IMG/VR virus record: IMGVR_UViG_3300042350_004632
Span: 1-64,000 of that record
Length of the DNA stretch: 64,000 nucleotides
Reading direction: 5' to 3' (one strand)
From: an uncultured virus (IMG/VR IMGVR_UViG_3300042350_004632)
Taxonomy: Duplodnaviria; Heunggongvirae; Uroviricota; Caudoviricetes
Position 1 is the first letter of the stretch; every line of letters starts with the position of its first letter. Under the pieces are notes generated by a model, which did no database searches, was not told where the DNA came from, and saw only the letters and a list, made by a program, of their open reading frames with translations. This document shows positions 31,569-41,385 of the stretch, piece after piece. The position numbers were made by a program, and so were the translations under genes.

Positions 31569-32057
31569 ATGAGTACAGTTGTATTAGTTTCATGTTCCGC
31601 AGGTAAAGAAGAAAAGTCAATGCCTGCCGAAAAATTATATAATTCTGATTTGTTTAAAAAACAATTAGAATATGCTAAAAAATTAGCACCCTCAAATCAT
31701 ATATATATTATATCTGCTAAGTACCATTTAGTACCACTAAATAAAACCATAGCACCATATAATTTAACATTAAAAGATCTACCAGCACCTGATCGTGAGG
31801 CGTGGTCTGAAGTTGTTAAAAAACAATTAGAACAAAAAGGTTACAATCTCCAAAAAGATAAATTCATTTTTCTAGCAGGAATGGCCTATCGTCAATATTT
31901 AGAACCCCAAATGAAGAATGTTAGTGTTCCATTTGAAGGATTACGTATAGGACAACAGAAAAAAGCTTTGTTACAAAAGCTAAAAGAAACAGTTATAAAA
32001 TTAACCAGATATATAATTAAAGAAGTAAAAAAACTTTACAAAAATGGAGTTCTCTAA
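31569..32057 (+). CDS. DUF6884-like protein
   Basis: 'VLVSCSAGK...PAEKLYNSDLF...IISAKYHLV...IAPYNLTL...LAGMAY...GLRIGQQ'. Confidence 0.6.
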   Translation: MSTVVLVSCSAGKEEKSMPAEKLYNSDLFKKQLEYAKKLAPSNHIYIISAKYHLVPLNKTIAPYNLTLKDLPAPDREAWSEVVKKQLEQKGYNLQKDKFIFLAGMAYRQYLEPQMKNVSVPFEGLRIGQQKKALLQKLKETVIKLTRYIIKEVKKLYKNGVL

Positions 32058-32307
32058 AAAACGAATAGAAAAATTAATGGATCAATATCTTCAAGACAAT
32101 GAAGATTTCGGTGACTATACTGAAAACACATTAATGATTGAAGTATTTAATAAATTCAATTCATTGATTTTAGAGAATACAAGTAATACAGTTTCATCAA
32201 CACTTCTTCAAGAACATTCTAATTCATTAGATGGTGTTCCTAAAGATATATTTGAAGATTTTATGCTGTATATCAACATGACTGAACTAGACAGTCGATT
32301 ACTTTAA
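32044..32307 (+). CDS. Hypothetical acidic protein
   Basis: 87-aa ORF overlapping the previous stop. Confidence 0.55.
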   Translation: MEFSKKRIEKLMDQYLQDNEDFGDYTENTLMIEVFNKFNSLILENTSNTVSSTLLQEHSNSLDGVPKDIFEDFMLYINMTELDSRLL

Positions 32308-32378
32308 AGATTTATTAAAAAATAAAAAGTCATGAAAATGACTATGACATCATACACTTAACTATTAAATAACAAAAA

Positions 32379-34229
32379 ATGGATGTAACACAGAGTATCC
32401 TTAGCGAAATAACTACTTATATGAAGTATGCTAAGTATAGACCAGAATTAAACAGAAGAGAAACATGGGAAGAGTTAGTAACAAGAAACAAAGAAATGCA
32501 TCAAGTAAAGTTCCCCCAATTAAAAGATGAAATTGAAAATGCTTATAAATTAGTATATGATAAAAAAGTTTTACCATCTATGCGCTCATTACAGTTCGCG
32601 GGTAAGCCCATTGAGCTTAATAATGCTCGTATATTTAATTGTTCTTTTTTGCCTCTCGATGATTGGCGTGCTTTTAGCGAAATAATGTTCTTACTATTAA
32701 GTGGATGTGGAGTAGGATATAGTGTACAAACACATCATATAGATAATTTGCCTGAAATTAAAGTACCAACTAAACATAAAAGATATTTAGTAGGTGATAG
32801 TATTGAAGGATGGGCTGATGCTGTTAGAATGCTTTGTAAAGCATATTTTCAAGGAGCTCCACTTCCAACATTTGACTTTAGAGATATTAGAGCTAAAGGC
32901 GCTCAGTTAATTACTGTAGGTGGTAAAGCACCTGGCCCTGAACCATTAAAAGAATGTTTATTTAATTTACAAAAGGTATTTGAACGTAAGAAAAATGGTG
33001 ATAAACTAACATCAATAGATGCTCATGATATGGCTTGCCATATTGCAGATGCAGTACTATCAGGAGGTATTAGAAGAGCAGCATTAATTTCATTATTTAA
33101 TTTAGATGATGAAGATATGTTAACTTGTAAGTTTGGAAATTGGTGGGAACAAAATCCACAACGTGGAAGAGCAAATAACTCAGCTGTAGTTATGCGTCAT
33201 AAAATTACTGAAAGTGAATTTTTCAAATTATGGAAAAAAATTGAATTAAGTAACTCAGGTGAACCAGGTATTTATTTTAGTAATGATAAAGAGTGGGGAA
33301 CAAATCCATGTTGTGAGATTGCTCTTAAAGCTTTCCAATTCTGTAATCTATGTGAAGTAAATGTTTCAAATATTGAATCACAAGAAGATTTAAACGAAAG
33401 AGTACGTGTAGGTTCTTTTATTGGAACTTTACAAGCAGCATATACTGATTTCCATTACTTAAGAGAAGTATGGCAAAAAACAACTGAAAAAGAAGCTTTA
33501 TTAGGTGTTGGGATGACAGGTATTGGTTCTGGAGTTATCTTGAATTATGATTTAAAGAAAGCAGCTGATTTAGCTAAAGAAGAAAATACTCGTGTTGCTG
33601 ATATTATAAAAGTAAACAAAGCATCTCGTGTGACTACAGTTAAACCATCAGGTACTAGTTCATTAGTATTAGGAACTGCATCTGGAATTCATGCTTGGCA
33701 TAATGATTACTATATTCGTAGAATCAGAGTAGGTAAAAATGAAGCAATTTACTCTTACCTTGCAATTAACCATCCTGAACTAGTTGAAGATGATTTCTTT
33801 AAACCAACAATACAAGCTGTAATTTCAGTACCTCAACAAGCACCAGAAGGTTCTATTTTAAGAACTGAAAATGTACTTGATATGCTTGAGCGTACTAAGA
33901 AATTTAATGTACAGTGGGTTAAAAAAGGTCATCGCAAAGGAGCAAATACAAACAACGTATCAGCGACTGTATCAATTCAAGAAGGTGAGTGGGAACAAGT
34001 AGGCAAATGGATGTGGGAAAATAAAGAAACATTTAATGGACTATCAGTATTACCTTATTTTGGAGGTACTTATACTCAAGCACCATTTGAAGATATTACT
34101 AAAGAACAATTTGATGAAATGGCTAAATATTTACATAATATTGATTTAAGTAAGATTGTTGAATTTAGCGATGATACAGCGTTAATGGACCAAGCCGCGT
34201 GTGCTGGAGGCGCTTGTGAGATAGTATAA
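32379..34229 (+). CDS. nrdJ: Class II (adenosylcobalamin-dependent) ribonucleotide reductase
   Basis: 'FNCSF', 'GGIRRAALI', 'GTNPCCEI', 'TTVKPSGT', C-terminal 'ACAGGACE'; no NrdB nearby. Confidence 0.85.
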   Translation: MDVTQSILSEITTYMKYAKYRPELNRRETWEELVTRNKEMHQVKFPQLKDEIENAYKLVYDKKVLPSMRSLQFAGKPIELNNARIFNCSFLPLDDWRAFSEIMFLLLSGCGVGYSVQTHHIDNLPEIKVPTKHKRYLVGDSIEGWADAVRMLCKAYFQGAPLPTFDFRDIRAKGAQLITVGGKAPGPEPLKECLFNLQKVFERKKNGDKLTSIDAHDMACHIADAVLSGGIRRAALISLFNLDDEDMLTCKFGNWWEQNPQRGRANNSAVVMRHKITESEFFKLWKKIELSNSGEPGIYFSNDKEWGTNPCCEIALKAFQFCNLCEVNVSNIESQEDLNERVRVGSFIGTLQAAYTDFHYLREVWQKTTEKEALLGVGMTGIGSGVILNYDLKKAADLAKEENTRVADIIKVNKASRVTTVKPSGTSSLVLGTASGIHAWHNDYYIRRIRVGKNEAIYSYLAINHPELVEDDFFKPTIQAVISVPQQAPEGSILRTENVLDMLERTKKFNVQWVKKGHRKGANTNNVSATVSIQEGEWEQVGKWMWENKETFNGLSVLPYFGGTYTQAPFEDITKEQFDEMAKYLHNIDLSKIVEFSDDTALMDQAACAGGACEIV

Positions 34230-34295
34230 AATGAAAAGTGATAATCTAGTACAAAATATAGTTAACAGCTTATATTATAGTATTAAAACAAATAG

Positions 34296-34481
<186 letters not shown>

Positions 34482-34506
34482 TTATATTTAATTAATAATA
34501 AAGGTT

Positions 34507-34989
34507 ATGGTGAAACATTCTATAGAAACTGTTAATAGAGAAATAGCCAAATTACAGGCTATTAAATACAACCAATTCTTTTGGTGGAGAAAATTTAAAG
34601 AGAAGTCTCCATTATCATCCAAAGATGCATTACATGCTAGGATTGATAATGGAGATTTTGATTTTTCTTCATATTATTGGCAGGCACAATATGCTATTCA
34701 TGAAATGGAAGAAAAAACAGGACATATTGTTGATCCTGCTAGTAGACATGAATCACAATCAATATATAGAGAACGCTGGAGACGATTAATGAATGATTTT
34801 GAAAAAGATGAACCACAACGTTTAGAAAATTATATTAAATCTATAACTAGTATATTTGAAATAGAAAAAGAAGACTTAGAAAGAAAAATGGAAGATTTCG
34901 AGGGTACCTTAAAAGAATTATATATATTAATAAAAACAAATTACAGTTTTAGAACTAAACAAAAACGCGGAAGATCTAAAAAAATATAG
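34507..34989 (+). CDS. Hypothetical protein
   Basis: 160-aa ORF after a TTTGACC..TATATTTA element. Confidence 0.65.
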   Translation: MVKHSIETVNREIAKLQAIKYNQFFWWRKFKEKSPLSSKDALHARIDNGDFDFSSYYWQAQYAIHEMEEKTGHIVDPASRHESQSIYRERWRRLMNDFEKDEPQRLENYIKSITSIFEIEKEDLERKMEDFEGTLKELYILIKTNYSFRTKQKRGRSKKI

Positions 34990-34992
34990 TAT

Positions 34993-35457
34993 ATGAGTAA
35001 ATTTCAATCAACAAAATTATTTGACGGATTTAGTTGTGTGTTTCGTCAATGGAAAGCAGAAGGTACACACTGTCGTTTTCTCCACGGTTATGGAGTATCA
35101 TTTAGAGTATGGTTTGAAGGTGAATTAGATGAAAAAAATTGGGTTTGGGACTTTGGAGGTATGAAACGTGCTAAAGGTACTATTGATAATATGAATCCTA
35201 AAGAATGGATGGACTACATGTTTGATCATACTACAATTATTGCAGAGGATGATCCTGGAATAGGTGGATTTAAAACAATGGATCAACTAGGTATAATTCA
35301 GCTTAGAGTCATTCCAGCTGTTGGAGCAGAACAATTTGCTAAATTTATATTTGAGAAATTAAATACATTTGTTCAAGAGGAAACAAGCGGTAGAGTTAAA
35401 ATAGCGAGAGTAGAATTCATGGAACACGCTAAAAATACTGCTATATATGAAGGCTAA
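34993..35457 (+). CDS. queD: 6-carboxytetrahydropterin synthase
   Basis: 'HCRFLHGY', 'WVWDFGG', 'FDHTTI'. Confidence 0.85.
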   Translation: MSKFQSTKLFDGFSCVFRQWKAEGTHCRFLHGYGVSFRVWFEGELDEKNWVWDFGGMKRAKGTIDNMNPKEWMDYMFDHTTIIAEDDPGIGGFKTMDQLGIIQLRVIPAVGAEQFAKFIFEKLNTFVQEETSGRVKIARVEFMEHAKNTAIYEG

Positions 35458-35719
35458 ATTAAGTAAACAACTCCAAAAAGAATTAATCAATAAATATGAA
35501 TTAGAAAATCCACCTCCATATACTGAAGGACATTGGGATGATGCTATGTTGGAGAATGATAGTTTTTATGATATAGATATACTTCATAAACATAATAAAC
35601 CAATTTTAGAAAAAATTAAATATTGGCAAGATGAATTTAAACCATCAGGCAACATGGGAAAATGGTGGGCATCAGTTCAAATAGAAAAATTAAGGAAACA
35701 ACTAAAACATTATAAATGA
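35447..35719 (+). CDS. Hypothetical protein
   Basis: 90-aa ORF overlapping both neighbours. Confidence 0.55.
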   Translation: MKAKLSKQLQKELINKYELENPPPYTEGHWDDAMLENDSFYDIDILHKHNKPILEKIKYWQDEFKPSGNMGKWWASVQIEKLRKQLKHYK

Positions 35720-36501
35720 AAATATCACACGAACTACCTCTTAGTTTAATGGATTATGCTTACAAATGGAATGATTATGATTATTGTCTTCCTCACTTAA
35801 TAGATGAATCAATGCAGTATAGATTATTCTTTCAAAAATCAAGAATAGATAAAAGATTCATTATAATGGATAATGGATTATTTGAAGGAGTAGATCATAC
35901 AATAGAAGATTTACTTGAAAAAATTAGTCTTATTCATCCTAATGTATTCATTATTCCTGACGCTTGGAATGATTCAACCTCAACTATTAGAAGTGCAAAA
36001 CATTGGATGATAAATTATGGTGATAAACTAAAGGAAATTGATGTTAATTTAATGGCTGTATGTCAAGGCAAAACAATAGGTGAATTAATAACTACATATC
36101 AAACATTAGTTGATTTAGGCTACAAACATATAGCATTCAATCATTCTAGCATTGCCTATCAAGAACTAGGATATGATAATTCTTTAAAGAATCAAATGTA
36201 TGGCAGAATGGAATTTATTAGAAAATTAGTTGAAAATAAAACTATTAGAGAAACATTCTACCATCATTTACTTGGTTGTTCTTTACCTCAAGAATTTATG
36301 GCTTATAAAGATTGGAAATTTATCAAATCAGTAGATACATCTAATCCTATCCTAGTAGGAGCAGAAGGTAAACATTACACAGATAGTGGTATAAATTGGA
36401 AACCAAAAGAAAAATTAGCTTATTATTTTGAAAAAGATTTATCTGACCGAATTGATGATATTAGCTTTAATGTAAATAAATTTAAAGAATATGTTAAATA
36501 A
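35716..36501 (+). CDS. TGT-fold (DpdA-like) 7-deazaguanine transglycosylase candidate
   Basis: 'IMDNGLFE', 'IIPDAW', 'MAVCQG', 'HHLLGC', 'SVDTSNP' mirror the TGT barrel motifs (DSG, vQG, HlLG, sxDs); lies inside the que cluster. Confidence 0.6.
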   Translation: MKISHELPLSLMDYAYKWNDYDYCLPHLIDESMQYRLFFQKSRIDKRFIIMDNGLFEGVDHTIEDLLEKISLIHPNVFIIPDAWNDSTSTIRSAKHWMINYGDKLKEIDVNLMAVCQGKTIGELITTYQTLVDLGYKHIAFNHSSIAYQELGYDNSLKNQMYGRMEFIRKLVENKTIRETFYHHLLGCSLPQEFMAYKDWKFIKSVDTSNPILVGAEGKHYTDSGINWKPKEKLAYYFEKDLSDRIDDISFNVNKFKEYVK

Positions 36502-36790
36502 TACACAATCACTTTATGATTATTTAGGTAGAGCAGCTGGTCCAACATTAGGTTTAGAAGTAGCTAAATATGCTAGACAACAAAATTCACCAGTACAAAC
36601 TAGAGAAATATCAAATCCTAAATATTCAGGTCTTGTAAATTTATATACTGAAAATTTATTAATGGCTTTTTTTAATAATCCAAATTATAGAGATATTATC
36701 AACACTGATAAAATCCAATACGAATTAAAATCAAAAAAATCGCTTGAACGGAAGATAAGCGAATCACAAGATAATACTCTTCCATTTTAA
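36491..36790 (+). CDS. Hypothetical protein
   Basis: 'SLYDYLGRAAGPTLG..V...A'; 99 aa. Confidence 0.55.
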   Translation: MLNNTQSLYDYLGRAAGPTLGLEVAKYARQQNSPVQTREISNPKYSGLVNLYTENLLMAFFNNPNYRDIINTDKIQYELKSKKSLERKISESQDNTLPF

Positions 36791-36802
36791 TTTAAAATAA
36801 AA

Positions 36803-37606
36803 ATGAAAAAATCAGTTTTAAGTCTTTCAGGTGGAATGGATTCTAGTTCATTATTACTTCATCTATTAGCTAAAGGTTATCAAGTAACAGCTTTAGGTTT
36901 TGATTATGGTCAAAAACATAAAGTAGAATTAGACCGTGCTAAATCATTAGTAGAATATTTAAAATCTAAAGGACAAAAAGTAACACATCAGATTATTAAG
37001 TTGGATGGTTTATCTCAATTACTTAATTCAGCTTTAGTCACAGGTGGTAAAGATGTACCTGAAGGACACTACGAACAAGACAATATGAAAGATACTGTTG
37101 TTCCTAATCGTAATAAGATATTTGCTTCACTTATTCAAGCGGTAGCATTATCAGAAGCGACTAAAGATAAAAAACAAGAATGTATTATAGCAATGGGTAT
37201 TCACGCTGGTGATCACGCTATTTATCCTGATTGTAGACAAGAGTTTAGAGATGCTGATTTTGAAGCATTTAAAGTTGGTAATTGGGATTCAGAATTAGTA
37301 TCACATTATACTCCATATTTGAATACTGATAAATTTGGTATTTTAGAAGATGGTTTAAAATGTTGTGAAATACTAGATTTAGAATTTGATAAAGTTTATA
37401 GGCGTACAAATACTTCTTATAAACCAATATGGTTTGAAGGAGAATGGTATTCAGATTATAAATCAGCAGCATCTGTAGAGCGTATTGAAGCATTTATTAA
37501 ACTAGGTCGTCCTGATCCTGTAGCTTATGCTGATGAAACAGGACCTGTACGTTGGGAAGTAGCTAAAACAGCAGTAGAAAAAGTATTAAACGAATATAAT
37601 AAATAA
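36803..37606 (+). CDS. queC: 7-cyano-7-deazaguanine synthase
   Basis: 'SLSGGMDSS', 'FDYGQKH', 'VVPNRN', 'HAGDHAIYPDCR'; the usual C-terminal Zn-binding Cys residues are absent ('TNTSY...KSAASVER'). Confidence 0.9.
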   Translation: MKKSVLSLSGGMDSSSLLLHLLAKGYQVTALGFDYGQKHKVELDRAKSLVEYLKSKGQKVTHQIIKLDGLSQLLNSALVTGGKDVPEGHYEQDNMKDTVVPNRNKIFASLIQAVALSEATKDKKQECIIAMGIHAGDHAIYPDCRQEFRDADFEAFKVGNWDSELVSHYTPYLNTDKFGILEDGLKCCEILDLEFDKVYRRTNTSYKPIWFEGEWYSDYKSAASVERIEAFIKLGRPDPVAYADETGPVRWEVAKTAVEKVLNEYNK

Positions 37607-37737
37607 TGCATGAATTTCAACATATATTAGGATTATGTGCTGACTCAAAAACACATTTAAACATATTGGGGTTTCTTTTGGAACCCCAACTTTTACAACA
37701 TATATTTAATTATCTAAAAACATGGAGGATTTAACCA

Positions 37738-37968
37738 ATGAAGTGTCTTAAAAATGTCAAAACAGGAACAATTATTCGCTTAGATGACTTTAAAGCGGAC
37801 AACATGGTAGGAAGGGAGTGGATTTTTGTTTCCAAAACAGAATGGAAATCATTAACTCGTAAACCAGAACCAGTAGTTGAATCTACAAAAACTATCTCAG
37901 ACAGTATTATTAGAGGTCTTGAAGGAGAAACAATTTCAGAAAAACAATTAAAACGTAAGAAAAAATGA
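37738..37968 (+). CDS. Small hypothetical protein
   Basis: 76-aa ORF overlapping the queE start. Confidence 0.5.
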   Translation: MKCLKNVKTGTIIRLDDFKADNMVGREWIFVSKTEWKSLTRKPEPVVESTKTISDSIIRGLEGETISEKQLKRKKK

Positions 37969-38855
37969 GTAAAATAGATCCTAAAAAACTATTAATAAGC
38001 TCTGATTTCTACTCTGTCCAAGGTGAGGGTATTTCATCAGGAGTACCTTCATACTTTGTTCGTTTAGGTATTTGTAATCTGACTTGTGGTATGAGTAGAG
38101 CATTTACAAATAATCTTTTAAAAGAAGCATCATTAGAAGATGGTGAAATTTTTAAAGGTGATTTAGAGTTAGAAGGTAAAGCGTCTTGGACTTGTGATTC
38201 AACAAGTCAATGGTTATGGAGAGGCGAAGATAAAGAATTTGATTATTTAATTAAACGTTGGAAAGATGAAGGTGTTTATGATGATATATTAAATGGTATT
38301 ATTCATATCATTTGGACAGGTGGAGAACCTACAATTAAAGGACATCAAGAAGCTATTGTTAATTTTCATAAGTATTGGCTATTACAAGTAGATCCATCAA
38401 CAACACTTCCTGGTAAAGAATATGCTTGGAGATTACCGGAGAATGATTTAATTGTAAGGCATAACTATAATGAAATAGAAACAAACGGTACAATAGTAAT
38501 TGAAGATGATTTATTTAAAATTATAGATCAAATCAACTGTTCACCTAAGTTATCTAATTCAGGTATGGATGTTAAACAGCGTATTAATGAAGCTGCTATT
38601 AAACGTGTAATGGAACATAAAAATTATCAATTTAAATTTGTTATATCTAATGAAGAAGATGTTCAAGAATTATTTCGTGACTTTGTCATACCATTTAGCA
38701 TACCTCTTACCAACTTGGTTTGTATGCCAGGATTAGATGATGTATCTAATTTTGAAGAACGTACTCAATTTTGTTTAGAAATGGCTAAAAAATATAGATT
38801 TAGAGGTTTGACTCGTCTTCATATTGCAGCCTGGAATAAAACACTTAATGTATAA
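37965..38855 (+). CDS. queE: 7-carboxy-7-deazaguanine synthase (radical SAM)
   Basis: 'FYSVQGEG..G.PSYFVRLGICNLTC...WTCDS', 'TGGEP', 'IETNGT', 'SPKLSNSG'; insertion within the CxxxCxxC motif. Confidence 0.9.
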   Translation: MSKIDPKKLLISSDFYSVQGEGISSGVPSYFVRLGICNLTCGMSRAFTNNLLKEASLEDGEIFKGDLELEGKASWTCDSTSQWLWRGEDKEFDYLIKRWKDEGVYDDILNGIIHIIWTGGEPTIKGHQEAIVNFHKYWLLQVDPSTTLPGKEYAWRLPENDLIVRHNYNEIETNGTIVIEDDLFKIIDQINCSPKLSNSGMDVKQRINEAAIKRVMEHKNYQFKFVISNEEDVQELFRDFVIPFSIPLTNLVCMPGLDDVSNFEERTQFCLEMAKKYRFRGLTRLHIAAWNKTLNV

Positions 38856-38950
38856 AATAATTAATTTAATATTAGGTTTAGTAGCTACATTTAGTATTCC
38901 TTTAGGTTTACTATGGTTAGCTACTACCTATTCAAACAAAAAAGATAAAA

Positions 38951-39169
38951 ATGAATATAACAATAACTCCTGATAATGTCTATACAGGTATAGCTTTATT
39001 ACTTATGAGTTTACAGATTTACCAATATAGACAATTAGAAAAATCTAGAAAAGAAATACAACGACTGTGGGATCAAATAGCTACATTTAACACTATGGTC
39101 GCTTTAAAACTTTTGGAAACTCAACAAGATATTAATAAATTAAATGAAAATAAGAATGATGGAAAATAA
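38951..39169 (+). CDS. Small membrane/coiled-coil protein
   Basis: Hydrophobic N-terminus followed by a coiled coil. Confidence 0.5.
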   Translation: MNITITPDNVYTGIALLLMSLQIYQYRQLEKSRKEIQRLWDQIATFNTMVALKLLETQQDINKLNENKNDGK

Positions 39170-39887
39170 AAGAAGAACAGTAGCAGATATTGAAGCTCTA
39201 GAAACTGCTAAACCTGGTTTTGCAAATGGTATTTCATTACAATTAAAATCACGTATTGAAGATGGTTTCCATCGTTCACTTACAGATAATGAAAAATGGC
39301 TTATTGTAGGTGAAGCTGAAACAGCATATGGTAAATTTTTAGATGCGTTAGGTGTTGATTGGAGAAATGATCCAAATAGTATGGAAACACCTCGTCGTGT
39401 AGCTAAAGCATATGTATTTGATTTATGGAAAGGTAGATATGAATTACCAACTGACATTACATCATTTCCATCTGATGGATATGAAGGTATTGTATTAGAA
39501 AGAGATATTCCAATTGTTAGTATGTGTTCTCATCACCACCAAGCAATTTTAGGTAAAGCACACGTAGCTTATATACCAGGTAAAGAAGGTAAAGTAGTTG
39601 GTTTAAGTAAATTAAATCGTATTGTAGAACATTTTGCTCGTAGAGGTGCTATCCAAGAACAACTTACAGTTGCTATTCATAACGCTGTAAATACTGTTTG
39701 TGAAGATAACGCAGGTGTGATGGTAATAGTACATGCTGGACACCAATGTGTTAGTTGTAGAGGGGTTAAACATCAAGGAGCATCAATGGTTACAAGTGAA
39801 GTAAGTGGAGTATTTGCTGATCATAGTCGTACTGCTAAAGCTGAAGTATTAGAAATGATTAAATTAAATCTTCAATCTTATTGTTGA
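39156..39887 (+). CDS. folE: GTP cyclohydrolase I
   Basis: 'ETPRRVAKAY', 'SMCSHHHQAILGKAHVAYIP', 'GLSKLNRIV', 'IQEQLT', 'HQCVSCRGV'. Confidence 0.95.
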   Translation: MMENKRRTVADIEALETAKPGFANGISLQLKSRIEDGFHRSLTDNEKWLIVGEAETAYGKFLDALGVDWRNDPNSMETPRRVAKAYVFDLWKGRYELPTDITSFPSDGYEGIVLERDIPIVSMCSHHHQAILGKAHVAYIPGKEGKVVGLSKLNRIVEHFARRGAIQEQLTVAIHNAVNTVCEDNAGVMVIVHAGHQCVSCRGVKHQGASMVTSEVSGVFADHSRTAKAEVLEMIKLNLQSYC

Positions 39888-39907
39888 AATTTAAAATAAA
39901 ATAGATA

Positions 39908-40318
39908 ATGAATAAAATATACTTAACCTGGAATAATATTGAAGACGCTGTTGTAAGTTTAGCTCACCAAATTAAAACTAGTGGCAAATCTATAGAAGCA
40001 ATAGCTGGATTACCTAGAGGAGGACTTATTCCAGCTGTATTGCTTTCTCATAAACTTAATTTACCATATGTTGATATAATGGGAGACTGTGAAGAATATG
40101 AACATATTCTAATAGTAGATGATATATGTGACTCAGGAGTAACTCTTAAACAATATCATCAATTATTTTCTACAGCTACTATTCATTATAAACAAACAGC
40201 TATAGTTGAACCTAATTTTTACTATAGTTTAGTCTCTGAAAGTATATGGATAGTATACCCATGGGAACGTGAAGATTCAGAAGCGGTACCTGATTATTTA
40301 AAAAGATCAATAATGTAA
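39908..40318 (+). CDS. Purine phosphoribosyltransferase (Gpt-like)
   Basis: 'GLPRGGLIPA', PRPP loop 'LIVDDICDSGVTL', 'WIVYPWE'. Confidence 0.85.
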   Translation: MNKIYLTWNNIEDAVVSLAHQIKTSGKSIEAIAGLPRGGLIPAVLLSHKLNLPYVDIMGDCEEYEHILIVDDICDSGVTLKQYHQLFSTATIHYKQTAIVEPNFYYSLVSESIWIVYPWEREDSEAVPDYLKRSIM

Positions 40319-40322
40319 TAAT

Positions 40323-40484
40323 ATGCAACAAAAAGAAAGTAAAACAAATTGGCATTTCAGACTCAGTATGATTAAATCAGTTTTTAGAATATTCGCAGGT
40401 GTAGCTATTATGTTCCAAGATTTTGAAATTGGAGGTTTTTTACTTATATTAGCTGAAGCAGTTGGAATAGCAGAAGAATTTTAA
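40323..40484 (+). CDS. Small membrane protein (not in ORF track)
   Basis: MQQKESKTNWHFRLSMIKSVFRIFAGVAIMFQDFEIGGFLLILAEAVGIAEEF fills the gap between neighbours. Confidence 0.55.
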   Translation: MQQKESKTNWHFRLSMIKSVFRIFAGVAIMFQDFEIGGFLLILAEAVGIAEEF

Positions 40485-40496
40485 TAAATTTATAAT

Positions 40497-41030
40497 ATGT
40501 TAAACGCAAAACAAATAGTAGATGAAGGATTACTCCTTCTAGAAAACACAAAAGGTAAACCAGCACAAGTAGGTTATGACCTTAGTTTAAAAGCAGTAAA
40601 TAAAGTAGGTTCTAGTAGAGTCGTAGGAGGAACTTTTAATAAAGATGCTAAAATAGGTAAAATATTAAAAGATAAGACTGAATTAACTACTTACATTCCA
40701 ATTGACCCAATCAAATTAGATGGAGATGAAGGATGGTTATTATATGAAGGTGTATATGATATTACATTTAATGAAGGATGTAATATACCTGATAATAGAG
40801 TAGCATTCATTAAACAACGATCATCTCTCTACCGCAACGGTGCTATAATTAATAGTCCTGTATTTGATCCTGGCTTTAAAACCGAATTTATGGGTACATT
40901 ATTGTATGTACATGAAACAATATTCATTGAACAAGATGCTAGAGTAGCACAAATATATTTTCATGAGTGTATGTCCGCTGAAATGTATGATGGTCAATGG
41001 CAAGGTGATAAACAACGTAATTCTCTTTAA
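40497..41030 (+). CDS. dUTPase/dCTP deaminase family protein
   Basis: 'GYDLSL', 'RSSLYRNG', 'FDPGF', 'RVAQIYF', 'YDGQWQ'. Confidence 0.85.
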   Translation: MLNAKQIVDEGLLLLENTKGKPAQVGYDLSLKAVNKVGSSRVVGGTFNKDAKIGKILKDKTELTTYIPIDPIKLDGDEGWLLYEGVYDITFNEGCNIPDNRVAFIKQRSSLYRNGAIINSPVFDPGFKTEFMGTLLYVHETIFIEQDARVAQIYFHECMSAEMYDGQWQGDKQRNSL

Positions 41031-41061
41031 TTCGTATATATTTATATAAAACATAGATAAT

Positions 41062-41385
41062 ATGGAAGGATTTGATCCGAAACAAGAATCTAAAGGTGTA
41101 GGAGATACAATAGCTAAAATAACTAATTTTTTTGGTATTGATAAAGTAGCAGATGCTATAGCTAAAATAGCAGGAGCTGAAGGATGTGGATGTGGTGAAC
41201 GTAGACAATTATTAAATGAGTTATTTCCTTATGAAGGAAAAATAAGAAAATTTAAAGTTTTAAAACAATTCACTTGGGCTGGAGAAACTTATTTTGAAGG
41301 ACAAATATTAGATATAAATAGTAAACACCATATATTCACAGGTGTTATAAATTTGACTCAAGATAAAACATTAGAAGAATTATGA
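41062..41385 (+). CDS. Phage hypothetical protein with a CGC motif
   Basis: 'SKGVGDTIAKIT..GI...GCGCGERRQLLNELFPY'; preceded by ATATTTAT. Confidence 0.6.
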   Translation: MEGFDPKQESKGVGDTIAKITNFFGIDKVADAIAKIAGAEGCGCGERRQLLNELFPYEGKIRKFKVLKQFTWAGETYFEGQILDINSKHHIFTGVINLTQDKTLEEL

